The position numbers and the translations under genes are program-made. Below the pieces are notes generated by a model that was not told the origin of the DNA, searched no databases, and saw only the letters and a program-made list of their open reading frames with translations. This document shows positions 35,771-47,857 of a stretch of DNA of 64,000 nucleotides, one piece after another. Positions within the stretch are counted from its first letter, which is position 1; each line of letters begins with the position of its first letter. The stretch comes from Paecilomyces variotii (lineage: Eukaryota), in assembly GCA_004022145.1 (NCBI GenBank), contig RCNU01000004.1, one strand, 5' to 3'.

Positions 35771-37024
35771 AGTTTTAGTGTTGCTACTACTCTGTCATTA
35801 AGAATAAAGAGGATCTAGTAACATCAGATGAACCTCAAGAATTCTTCCTATGGATGTTAACCATGCACGTAGGCATTGATACAATGCATTGGATTCCCTA
35901 TAGATAACGCCAAATACAAGACAATCAACTTCCACAGAAACAACTTGTTCCCCTGGACGATGAATGAATTTATAGGGGAATATGTGCTCTTAACCATTGA
36001 TACCTTAACTCTGTTCTTGGACTCCAGCGCAATACCGGAGCTCTCGACCCATTCACCGATATCTTCGCTCTTGATGATTGTGATATTCTGGGCCAGCCGC
36101 GCGACCAATTAAGCTGCTTCGTTGAGCGCGAAATACACTGATAGAGTTAGCTGGTCTGATCACAAAGATTGGTTTTGAGTGAGCAGAATTAGTCAATGTC
36201 AAGTGAGGGAAGAGAGACATACTCCCAATGTAATTCGTCGGTTCCTTAAGGAATGGAATATACTTCTAGAACCATGAGTCTGAATGAGGAATAAATCCAA
36301 ATAGAAACAGCCTTTGACCAACTTCTTACCCGGGTCTGCTTTGCAGAGTTCCGACACTCCGGAGAGAACTCTTCAGAGTCATCATCCCATAGATCTTATT
36401 GCTTCCTGCTTCCGAACTGCTTCATTATCACCCCAATTCAGCAATCCATTGCGGATTCGACATGTGAGTATATTAACCAAAGGAAAGTCCTAAGGAATAT
36501 GAGCTAACTGAATCATCTCCTCAGGGACTGATGTCCAAGCTACCGTTGGCACTTTACAAAGCTACCTTATACCTTCCGCACTTTGCAATTGTGCACATAT
36601 GCATTCGCTTTTGGCCCCATCCACATGGTGGGCTACAAGGGGCAGATAGAGGCAGATTATAGCCCCCACGCAACACATTCGATGATCTACAATCTTCATT
36701 TTAATGGCGCAAACTGTGTGGCCAATGAGATTTGCGATTCTTACTGCACAATATCTCTAGCCTTCGCCCCCAGACGACTTATTAAGATAAAATGATTTTC
36801 AGCATGTCGGGAGAAGAGACAGACGGGTACTATACTCTCACTCTTACTTACTTGGTACTGTGTAGGTAGACTACATAAGTAAAGAACTTCCCCGCCCCGC
36901 CAAGCTCCATCTCCATGATCGACGTATCTGTCCTCATCACATCTCCAGCCAAAAGCTCTGGATAATTCCATCGTCTACTTGATAAACAAAAAGTGCTTGG
37001 ATAATATCTAGACACCTATTCTCG

Positions 37025-38826
37025 ATGATGTCCGCGAGTTTTCCGTTGCCTGGTGTTGACCACGGCAGGCGAATTCTCGCTTCGGTGATCGAGAAAAGAG
37101 CCGAAGACGGCTCCAATAGTCCGTGGATATCGGTTCCCATTGACGAGCAAAATCTGTCTGCAGGCTATCGGGATATTTCTTTTCGACAGTTGAACAATGC
37201 TGCCAATAGTGCTGCTCATTGGCTCAGTCGGAACCTTCCTAAGACTTCAGAGCCGTTCCAGTGCTTTGCCTATGCAGGCCCAAAAGATCTCCGATATCAA
37301 ATCCTTGCAGTAGCAGCAGCTAAGCTGCAGAAAGTGGTACGTGAGGCTCTCTTGTATGGTGGAGAAATGCTAGATAGACTAATTCACCATCGGTAGATGG
37401 TGCTTCCCTCCCCGTTGGCCACACCAGAAGCTCAGCTGCAAATCCTCGAAAAGAAAAACTGCACTGTCTATTTGAGGCCAGCGTCAATGGCAGATCCTGT
37501 TGAAGCAGTCCTACGCGGAGCACCTCACATACAGACGATCACCGTCCCGGAGCCCGAAGAGTTCTCACTCGAAGCTGAAGCAGAGCTAGTTACTTACAGT
37601 AAGACATGGGACGAAGGGAAAGATGATCCCTGGCTAGTATTCCACACGTCTGGCACTACAGGTATGTATCCAATTTATATGCCATTTCCAGAATAGAAGA
37701 CTAAACTTGGAGCAGGACATCCAAAGCCTATCACCTATACTCATCGAATGATGGCTACACCCGATACTGCACAGACCCTCCCTGATATCGAGGAGTCTCA
37801 TCTCCATCAGTATGCACAGAGAAGATGGTACACGCCGTTGCCCTCACTGCACGTAAGTCTCAAATCTTCTACCCATCATGCTATCGATTTCTCTTCGAAC
37901 AGTTGACTCACATTGGCTAGTTTGTCGGAATGATGATGTCGCTCTGCATGACTTCTTTCGTGCATATGACGGGTGTGATCGGGCCTCCCGGACTGCCTTC
38001 TCCTGAGGTTGTCATGGATATCCTGCGTTTCGGACGTGTAGATGGCGCTCTTCTGACCCCGGCCCTGATCGATCAGCTCTGCCTATCCCCAGCTGGCGTC
38101 CAGGCATTACGAGAACTGAAATACATTCATTACGCTGGTGCCCCGCTATCAGCCAAATCTGCCGACCTATTAACCCCCTATGTTCAAGTGGTCCCATGCA
38201 TCGGTAGTACCGAGGCCGGCGGCTACTTTACGACAATTCATGATAATAAAGACGCGTGGGATTATGTCGCATTCCAAAAGCATGCGGGGGCCGAAATGCA
38301 GCACAGGATGAACGACCTGCATGAGCTGGTCTTCGTGCGACGTCCAGAATGTGCAATACAGCAAATATTCCTTGTCTACCCTGACCGCGATCGCTTCGAG
38401 ACTAATGATCTCTGGAAAGAGCATCCAGAGCACAAGGGCCTCTGGAAAATCATCGGCCGCAGTGATGACTACGTATATCTGTCCCACGGAGAGGGCTTGC
38501 ATGCTTCGTCTCTGGAGCCAGAGATTATGGCTCACCCAAGTGTCAAGTCTGCCATTATTGGGGGTCATGGTCGCTCAGCTCCGGTACTCATTGTAGAGCT
38601 TATTCCGGGAACAGAATATGAAAATGATCGCCAGGCCTTCTTGACGAGCCTGGCACCTTATATCGACGAAGTAAATTCTCACTGTCATCCATCTGTTCAG
38701 CTTTCCCCTGAGCGCGTTATCGTGGCGACTAAGGGGAAACCTTTTATTACCACCATCAAGGGAAGCGTGGCTAGATTACAGACATTGGATCTTTACAAGG
38801 ATGAGATTGCTGCCTTGTTTCCATAG
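37025..38826 (+). CDS. Stand-alone adenylation (AMP-binding) enzyme of the NRPS-like type, 4 exons
   Basis: VFHTSGTTGHPKPI (A3 motif), YAGAPL, IGSTEAG, FETNDL, IIGRSDD, TTIKGSV (A10 motif). The stop follows immediately; no thiolation or reductase domain. Confidence 0.85.
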
Positions 38827-39176
38827 CTTATTCTAGAACAGTTTCCAAGATAAATAAGTTCAATCAGTATCCATTACGTGACTATTTTGATGTTTCTAGA
38901 TTCTGGCAATACTCATAACTGACTGTAGCTCGTACATTTGATAGTGGATGTCAAAAAACTGCACTGTGATTTTACCCATATAATCTACTACATTATCATA
39001 TTCAGTATTTCTAAGACTTCCTGGCCTCGTCTCATAGTCTTCCCTTTGGCTTTTCTGTTCTCTTCGTCCCAACAGACAGCTGGGCGACTTGAAACGCTTC
39101 CTTCGACAGCCTCAGCATCTCCCCGTCGGAGCTCTTGCTCTTAGATTCCCTCCAGAACTTCTCGTCCTCTAACCAG

Positions 39177-39221
39177 CGTTTAAACCACCCGACGTTTAAA
39201 CCACCCAACGTTTAAACCACC
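39177..39221. repeat. Tandem repeat, 16-bp unit CGTTTAAACCACCC(G/A)A x ~2.8
   Basis: Directly visible: cgtttaaaccacccga cgtttaaaccacccaa cgtttaaaccacc. Confidence 0.9.
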
Positions 39222-39971
39222 TCTGAATCCAATCGGAAGTGACAGATGCACACCAATCTGGCTTCTCAATAGTCTTATTGTTACCTCTGGGGGTGTGCTG
39301 GAGTATCACCGTATCAGTATAGTCACGTAATACAGCAGTTACTCCATCGGCTCTCGGTGGCCCATCTATGCTATCTAGCCCCTCAAAGTGATTGGTGATT
39401 GCAGGGCTCCAGCTTCACCACCAAGCATATTTAAGACTAGAATAGACCCAATAAACTGCGCAGATTAAGCGCTGCGTTTAAGATGAGTATTGTAAGGCAG
39501 GTAGCCGAGTCAGGCATGCATACATAATGGCACATTGTGCTAGCTTTCATAGTAGGCTTCTAACATTGTATTTAAAACTAGTTACATAGGATGGTGCTGG
39601 TCTCAAGTTGCTGTTATGTAAGTTGACGGAAGTCGACTGCACGACTGGACCAAAAAGGAGAACTCCTTAGAGGTCTGGCCCCTAGGTCTGATATAAGTTA
39701 AGCGCCTTCCTGCGAAGAAGTAAAGGCTTCTGCTATCGGTTATTATCAATGATCCATACTCCATAGAGAGTGCCAGCAACGCTTTTGGGGGGCGTCTTAA
39801 TCTGCGAATAAACGTTGGACTTCGTACACCGTCTTGGGGGATGGCTCTGCAACAGAAAAAATAAATAACTATCAGCTGAAAGCTAGTTCACAATGCTTTT
39901 CTTCTTTCGTTCTTTTATTTTTCAAGTTCCAATCTATATTGTAGAATACTTCTCTTTGAAAAAAGCTCACC

Positions 39972-40673
39972 ATGACAGAGCAAAAGGCATATCTGAATGA
40001 AAAGGATTTCCAACAAGGTAGTTGTTCTTCACTGCTCTCCTACCAAGCAAACCAACCCCGCTAATCCTCACTAACTAAAAGGTCTTGCCGCTCTCGACGA
40101 GGAAATGGGTCACAATGCCTTCATCGTTGCGTTCGCACCTATCCGTATCATTGCCGCAGGCGGGTTCCTTGCGGTGTCTTATCCGTGAAAGCAGTGGTGA
40201 TCTCGACTATATGATCGATCCGGAATTTGCGGAAGATCAGCATATTCAAACTCCCCTCAAAAGGGCTATCTACTCAGTTGCGGTTAAACTTCATTACAAC
40301 GATAAATGGGCCAGCGAAGATATCGCTATTTTTGTGACCAAAAAAAGCTCGACATACTTTTTGTTTGAACAAGCCGAGAAACAGGGCATCACGCTCTTCA
40401 AAGGAGAAAACCGAGAAGTTCTACTTAGCCGCTCCTCTCGAATGGGCTCTCGAGCGCAAATTACGAAGAATTCATGCCGCAGATCGCGGCCGAAAGGCAG
40501 AATATGATATGGTAGACGCGATTGCCCTTCTGAAGGAGCTGAGAGTACGTAATAAGGGGCCTCTCGATGAAGAATCGATTCGGACAATGAATATGAACGG
40601 ATTCGATGTCCTTCCAGATCACGAGACGATGCGACGCGTAGCGCGTGAGTATCGCCACAAGTATGTACAATGA
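39972..40673 (+). pseudogene. Frameshifted nucleotidyltransferase (Pol-beta fold, AbiEii/DUF6036/DUF7582-like), candidate toxin
   Basis: Exon 39972-40017, intron 40018-40081, then LAALDEEM..IRIIAAGGFLAVSY / (shift ~40183) RESSGDLDY..WASEDIAIFV..LFKGEN.EVL / (shift ~40424) AAPLEWALERKLRRI..YDMVDAIALL. Carries the hGG..R..xDxD, K and DxxD pattern. Confidence 0.72.
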
Positions 40674-40756
40674 AGATATCTTCGGATAGGCAGGGGTTTG
40701 CGGGTTAAAGGTTAAATGGAGTCCGGTGGCATTGCATGGGTTTAATTAGATTGCTC

Positions 40757-41518
40757 CTAGATAGTATAGAGCCAGCCCGTGTTCGTGATAATGTTACGCT
40801 GTGCAAAAATCGGACTCTGACCCCCCGCCTCAAGCACGAGGTTTCCATCCGTATCAAGCTTATCTGGTGGTACAGACTGCCTCAATAGCTCCTTGTCAAT
40901 CGGTGCTACATTCTTGGTCCAACCAGGCAAGTCCTCAGGAAGAAATGGTGGCAATGGGTCATCGTTCTGATCACGATAAACATGTTCACCATTTCTTCGC
41001 AGGCCCAGACTGAGCCTCCAATTGATCGCCTCGTGTAATTCCTCGACAATACAGGCGATAACAGCATAACGAAGCGGATCGGAATCTCTCAGGTCTGGGA
41101 TATCTTGCAGCTTCCAATCAGGACGAGCAAAGAAATATTCCATTTCGTACCCCATTAGATCGTATCGATCAGCGAGGTGAAGCTCGTAGAGCCGGTAGAG
41201 AGACCGCAGTGGCGTGTCGCGCATGCGCCAGATGGGAATACCCCGGAGATTATGTATGTCACCAAATTGGGATCGAATTATCCCTGTCCCATTCTTCTGG
41301 TCCTCAATGAGTGCACGGAGAGAAAATGGGCCTGGGATTTCGAAGAACCAAGATCGATATGGGATAAACATGAGCAGCAGCGCAAGGAAGGGATGCTTGT
41401 GTTCTCTGAGCCGGAGCAGACTACTGCGTAGTCGGAGCGAGGACTCCCAGTAGCGAAGCCATGTCCGAAAACGTGCCCAGAGAGAAATCTTTGGCCGCGG
41501 ACGGCGATGTGAAGGCAT
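40757..41518 (-). CDS. Uncharacterised 253-aa protein, candidate antitoxin/partner of the adjacent nucleotidyltransferase
   Basis: Intact, intronless ORF: DTPLRSLYRLYE..DIPDLRDSDPLRYAVIACIVEELHEAINWRLSLGLRR..PGWTKNVAP..PIFAQRNII. Convergent with the NTase; stops are 83 bp apart. Confidence 0.8.
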   Translation of the reverse strand: MPSHRRPRPKISLWARFRTWLRYWESSLRLRSSLLRLREHKHPFLALLLMFIPYRSWFFEIPGPFSLRALIEDQKNGTGIIRSQFGDIHNLRGIPIWRMRDTPLRSLYRLYELHLADRYDLMGYEMEYFFARPDWKLQDIPDLRDSDPLRYAVIACIVEELHEAINWRLSLGLRRNGEHVYRDQNDDPLPPFLPEDLPGWTKNVAPIDKELLRQSVPPDKLDTDGNLVLEAGGQSPIFAQRNIITNTGWLYTI

Positions 41519-42108
41519 GGGTGATAGCGGATCGGCTGGAGAATCGTGAGGCTACGGAGGAGGTAGATATACCATACCTATCTAACGTCTTGCTGGATTC
41601 CTATTATGGGATGTTCCAGGCTACTTTTTAGCGTGAAACTAGTGCGGCTGAATAAGCATGTATCTAGAGCTTTGATTATCGTATTTTTTTTATTATTCTG
41701 ATAACGAGCTGATACTTAAGGAGCCAAGATAATTATCGTAGAGGGAAAGCCGGCGGACGACCGAAGAGTGGAACCCAGAGATAGCCAGGTCGCATCGATT
41801 CCTCTACTCGACTACTAATGATGATAATCTAGTTAGCAGCCAGGGAGTGCTTATCTGTAAATGAAGGTGTCCTAGTTAATAATAATAATCATCATGTTCC
41901 GCGGGACGCTTGGTGGTGAACCATGTGGGCTCCTTTTTTTTTTTTTCCGCCTTCGCTTTTCCCCGCTGGGCGCGGCCGGTGGGTTAACTAGGTAGGTAGC
42001 TAATTCAGCTACAAAAGGGCCAGGATGGCTCTCGTCTTGGGCTAATCTCACGAAACGATCAAGGTGCGCGATCCATCCCAGGCTGCTTGAAGAGGGCAAG
42101 CAAGCGCA

Positions 42109-43559
42109 ATGCAGCTCAAGTCAATCGCGGCCGGTCTTCTGCTGGCGGGCAGCTCATTGCTGTCTGCCGTATCGGCCAGTCCGACGGCCAGCTCGAAGGG
42201 AGATGTGGTGCGCAATGGCCATGCGAACAAGCACGGTGGAAAGATTGCACCCAAGGTGTTCATCATTTCGATGGTAGGTGGAAGTCTCATTTGCGATGCG
42301 TTCTGGACTTGTCTCCAATACTCCATTGCTTTGCTCCAATTGCAAGCTTGATTCGAGTTTTTGTGGCACAGCTATTTGAGACGGCATGGCCAGTGCTTCT
42401 CTCAATCGACTCACCCTGTTCTGTTCGATGCCTTTCTTTTGCTGTCACAGTGTCTAACTTAACAATCATGATCTAGTTCGCCCCTGAAGCTGAAGCCTGG
42501 TGGGGAATCCCAGAATTCAACCTCCTTGCGCACAACATCACCGTGCCCGGCTTCTCTCCCATCTTCCCCGACGCGCATTGCACTTCCGACTACAGCGTCT
42601 GCCAGCTGGTCACCGGTGAATCTGAGATCAATGCTGCCGTCACGATCTCGTCTCTGGTCGCCTCCCCGCTTTTCGATCTGACCAAGACATACTTCTTCAT
42701 CGCCGGGATCGCCGGGATCAACCCGGAGGTCGCGACGCTCGGTTCCGTGACCTTCGCTCGTTTCGCGGTCCAAGTCGCTCTGCAGTACGAGTTCGATGCC
42801 CGCGAGATCCCTGCCAACTATAACACCGGATACATCCCCCAGGGAGCCTACGCGCCGGACGAGTATCCTGCCAACATCTACGGAACCGAGGTCTTCGAAG
42901 TGAACACCGCCCTGCGATCTTTGGCAGTTGAGTTCGCAAAGACCGCCAACCTGTCTGATTCCTCCGCTGCAAAGGCCTACCGCGCCCACTACGCCACTGG
43001 AACCAATGTCTACAAGGCCGGCGCTACTGGTCCCTCCGTGGTCGAGTGCGACGTCGCTACCTCCGATGTTTACTACAGCGGAAACATCCTGAGCAATGCC
43101 TTCCAGAACACAACTCGCGTCCTGACCAACGGAACAGGTCTGTACTGCGCGACCGCGCAGGAGGACAACGCGACGCTGGAGGCCCTCCTGCGCTCCTCCG
43201 CGCGCAACCTGACAGACTTCTCGCGTATTATCGTCATGCGCACCGCGTCCGACTTTGACCGTCCGTACCCGGGCGAGAATGCCATGTACAACCTTCTCTA
43301 TGCGGATCAGGGAGGTTTCGAGCCCGCTATTGAGAATATCTACGCGGCCGGTATCAAGGTTGTGGAGGGTATTCTGAACGGATGGAATGCCACTTTCGCC
43401 AAGGGCGTCAAGCCGACCAACTACATTGGTGACATCTTTGGCACTCTGGGTGGTACTCCAGACTTTGGCCCGGGACGCAAAGAGTCCTTGGTGGAGGCCG
43501 GTGCGATCACCAAGCGAGGCCTCATGATGAAGGGAATGCGGAGGCGATCGTTCATGTAG
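42109..43559 (+). CDS. Purine nucleoside permease (NUP family), 2 exons
   Basis: Signal peptide; PKVFIISMF.PE, TYFFIAGIAGINP, QYEFDARE, YCATAQEDNATL, MRTASDFDRP. Intron 42274-42476. Confidence 0.88.
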
Positions 43560-44985
43560 ATCGTAGGCTTTGATTGAGCCCATTAGCAATATATATATGG
43601 TAGAGGTATAGACTAGTGTCGTGAATTCTATACAGTCATTCATAAAGTGAACCAGTATGGTACCTGAATGATTAGTATTTCTATAAAGTAGATCCAACCA
43701 GTTGTGTTTCTTCTTCAACCACAATCAAGACCCACTCGAGGACATATTGTACATACATACCATACAGCAGTCGCATATCACGTATGGTACTATCTTCTGC
43801 GTATGGTAAAATCCTGCTTCTTTCTCGCACTTACCATAAGAGTATAACTAGTCAGTTCTGAACCTCAGTCGGGCAATTTGTATGGAAAATCCCGTCTTTT
43901 CCCCTCATCGGGAGTGACGTCACATCAAACAGCATCTCGGACGGACTACGGGAGGCTGGGAAAAAGTATGGCAAGTACCATGGATGCGGCGGAAGTTAAT
44001 CTGTCGTGTCTGCTGCGAAGTTATGAGAGAAAATACAGTATACTCCGTAAGCTGCCGCTATTCTGTCAATTGTTTCTGCCTTGGTTTAGTCGAGGGACTT
44101 ATCGATAAAAGGATCCAGCCCAGCCCCTCCTTAGACGGATTCAAAGGTAGAACCGCCCGGGTAGTACAGTGTATAAGGTCAATATGATATGGTTGCGCCT
44201 GGAGTTAAACACCAGCATAAATGTGAACAATGGTCCTTGTATGTACCTCGGTACCTGGGTGTATCGAGAGTATGGTAGAAGGTTTGAAGCCATGATAAGC
44301 CCGGTAGTTTCTTCCAGATGGGACGGGACACGAGTCTACTGGTACTAGAGTACAAAGCAGACCCAACGGGAAAGTTGACCCAGCAAGACAATTCGACGAA
44401 TGTAGAAATAGACATTGAACTTGGAAGAATCGATAGCGAATCGGATGCTGTATGTCCCATCGGGGCGTTTATTCCTAGCGATACCACTGCATGGCATGAT
44501 CGCATACATGAGAGAAGCATGCAAGGATAATCCTCTCGACGCTTGCACATTCCAGGTTTAGAGCGACACGCGTCGGGGATATTCTCCTGCTCGTGGTTAG
44601 ATAGCACGGATCTGAAAGCCAGGCAAGGAAACGATCTGGGGTTGTGTATTTTTGTGCAATCGTGTGTCTGACGTCAGGAGCGGAGAGAATCTGGTGTTGA
44701 ACTGGTCGGCTGTCGATGAAAAAGGATCCAGGCTTTTCCATACAGTAAGCATAAGTTAGCTTGCTTGTCCACATTCGAGTCGGTGGGTGTTCTTATGGTG
44801 GATGTGTGCCTCGCTGCCAAACCTCCTCGCAGGCCCGTCGCAGAAGAGTCGACAATCCTCCAGCCATCGTGGGCATTCCACCGTGCTGCCTCCACTGGCC
44901 CTCATATAATCAGTCTTGAGTCGTATATTCAAAGGCCTTGGTAGCATCAAAAGATTAATTGGGCACTCTATACGCAAACATAACA

Positions 44986-45465
44986 ATGGTGAGTAGTTTG
45001 GAAATAATCTTCTGGTTCGCCGCAATTGGTTCCGCTCAGCAGAACCGTGGATCAATTGCTCTTCGGCCCGTCAGGAACAATAATCCCTCTTCCAGTCGCA
45101 AGTTGACTGAATTACTCATAACAGACTGCTAATATCATTTGCGTATTCAGGCTCCAACCCTCCTCACTCCACGGGCAGACACTTCGTCCTGTCCAAGTAC
45201 GATCAGCGGCGGTGGCATTGCGGGAATCGTCATTGGGTCAATCGCTGGAACTCTCCTTATCATCTGGATAATCCGGCTGTGTTCCACGCCGGGGGCATTC
45301 TCTGGTGGTGACCCAGACTGGGGTTACAGAAGCGGAGCGACAGACTCACGGGGCCGACACCGCCGTAGAAGATCGGATTCCTATGTGATCGAGAAGTCTC
45401 CATCCAGATCACGCAGATATCGCGACGACGTGAGGCGACCAGCGAAAGTATATTTGAATCAGTGA
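44986..45465 (+). CDS. Small single-pass membrane protein (~105 aa) with an ATG-only first coding exon
   Basis: ACAATG|GTGAGT intron 44989-45150 (GCTAAT..CAG), then APTLLTPR..ISGGGIAGIVIGSIAGTLLIIWII and an Arg/Ser-rich tail. Confidence 0.68.
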
Positions 45466-47857
45466 CGAGCCTCTCGATGAACGAGTCCGCAACATGCAGC
45501 GCGGAGCGAAGTGACTGAAAACACACGACGTGATGGCCATAGACGCCATAAGATAAATGTGTGTCATGACAAGCACGATGGAAATGGGAATCGTCCCTCG
45601 GATTTCTTTCTTTTTGTTGTTGCAGCTCCTGTAGCGCCAATGGGTCGCTTGCAGGTCTTGACGATATATTGTACGAGTAATGTCCTGATGATTGTCAACG
45701 TTATGATGATACGCCAATTCCACATTTTTTACCTTGTAATCGGCAGAGAACTGATGGAACTGATGATTCATATTAGTACTGTTTCCCTTGTAGAAAAAAA
45801 CTAGTACTGTTGATAATAATTCTCCCTATGATCAAATATGTCCATCTATAGATGTGTGGGGTCAGACGTAATCTGCCAGACGTGAGTAAGAGCAGAACAG
45901 ACGTCCTTAAGACGACATGAAATAAGACAAGTTGAGAATCTTCCAAAGAAAGCAATCTGCAGATACTAGGTCGAAACGAGTGAAAAAACATGAGCCTCGT
46001 GTCATCAAAGAATACCAATAATCAAGGATCTGTCGTCTCTGCCGTCGTGTGCGGATATTCGACTACCAGGTGCACTCTCGTCTTCTATCCCCGTGTTCCC
46101 TTTCGGCATCGCATTAACTCAGTATTTGCCGTCACTGTAATTGAGTGCACTGGCTCCCCAAAAATGATATTAGAAAACCCTCGTCAACGGCGCGATGACG
46201 TCTCTCCCACAGAGGGCTATAATTGGAATGATTTTAGGGGGATTTAGTACGGCATCATTTCTCCGTTCGAGGGCTAAGCTTTTGAGGCACCGATAGAAGG
46301 CCCACTAGTCCATACCGCCTCTCTCCTATTTACACAAGTGAAGCCCGAACACTGCAATAATGAACGTAAGCTCAAGCTCCCGACTGACGCAGTGACATGG
46401 TGGAAACAGACTGCCTCGAAAGTGGATCAACAGGAATATGGTGTGTATATTCCTTAGTCGCACATCCTTTCATGCGCTTCTGTATACAATTTTCGGAGCT
46501 CGAGTTTTTGAAGCCGCACGAGGTGTCGTTTCGCACTTCTTCCCCAAGCTGGGGAATCCGCGATCAGGTGGATACAGTACCTTGTAAGGAACCATCGGCA
46601 ATCGGCATTTGATTGCGCATGACCTCAAAGCTCAAGCTATGGCAATTATTGGCACCGTCTTGCTTCAGTGTATCACCTGTAGCTTTGCTGGCTCATTGGA
46701 CCAAGGGCAGAGCTAGAAGTCTTCGAACGTTTGGGAAGACATACCCATGTAATTAACCAGGACGGGCACTACGGCGTACGTATGATGCCCTTGGAAGTGG
46801 TAAGCTATCTAGTGCAAGACAGTCGTGGGTCCTTGTGCTGTTCCAAGATCGCCATAAGGCAATAATAAGTGTGCTGTGCAAGAGCAGGAGTTGGTTGAGC
46901 TGAAAGATATTTCTCTCATTAGATATAGCAAACAGGCGTGCAGAAAAGTTGGCCTGCACTTACTGCGTGCCAACAGAGTGAAACCGGCTGACCCAGTAGA
47001 CGACCAGTAGACGATTATTGTCAGGTACCCGAGTTCAAAGGCCAATAAGAAGGTGGTTACTAGGAGAAATCCACTAAATCATGCCGTCGCGAGTTGGCGA
47101 AGTGACTAGTCTCACCATTCGCCTCGTGCCGTCGCCACGAAATCTCGTTCTCCGGTGGTGTAACCAACCGTAGATGGGGGAGAACCATTGTTCTTGAGAT
47201 GATGGATTTCTCAGTATATCAGATCACCCAGAGGAACAGAGCTCTCGACAGCCACAATGGAAAGAGGCGAGCAGACAAAATGCCAAGGTGATGGACTGTG
47301 GTCGACAGGAGAAGTTCCTCTCCACGGTTCCACCGTGGCCAACGTTATCTCTCGGCGAGAACCGACTCAGTGCGGTTTGACCCCTGACGGCGCCGCGCCG
47401 GTGCTTCTGGCTGATAGATAGCCTCGTTTTGACAAGGAGAGAAACCACTCACAGGTCTACAAAGCAATAAGGTCTTGTTCTTTTCCCGAGACTAGCAGTT
47501 TAGGCGCAACTTGGATCTGCTCGTTTATTCTCCATGGTCGACCCCTTACTCGTTCGAGGCGCTGGCCGCCCTTATTGCACCAGGACCACCAAACCGTTAT
47601 TCTTATTATTATTATCCTTATCATGCCCTCCGACCTCTTCCTCTCCCTCTTCTCTTTCCCGTTTTGCAACATAGATTGATCGTGTCTGTTATCCCTGGTG
47701 GCGGGGGCTCCTTCTCTCTTGCGGTGCGTCAAGTCGCACATCCGTTCTTTAAAACGAACCCCGAAAAGCAGACCGATCACCCCGCGTTCTCTGTCGACGT
47801 CTCAGTCCCTCGAATGAAGTGTTAATTTTCTATATATAAAGCAATATTGATCCGACC

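Noticed and set aside
35857..36430. Minus-strand multi-exon gene downstream of GH92
   Set aside because: Splice-like signals and coding-like pieces exist, but with in-frame stops and no recognisable family; at most a decayed remnant.
39177..39221. CRISPR-like array
   Set aside because: Contiguous tandem units with no spacers, in a eukaryotic genome with no cas genes.
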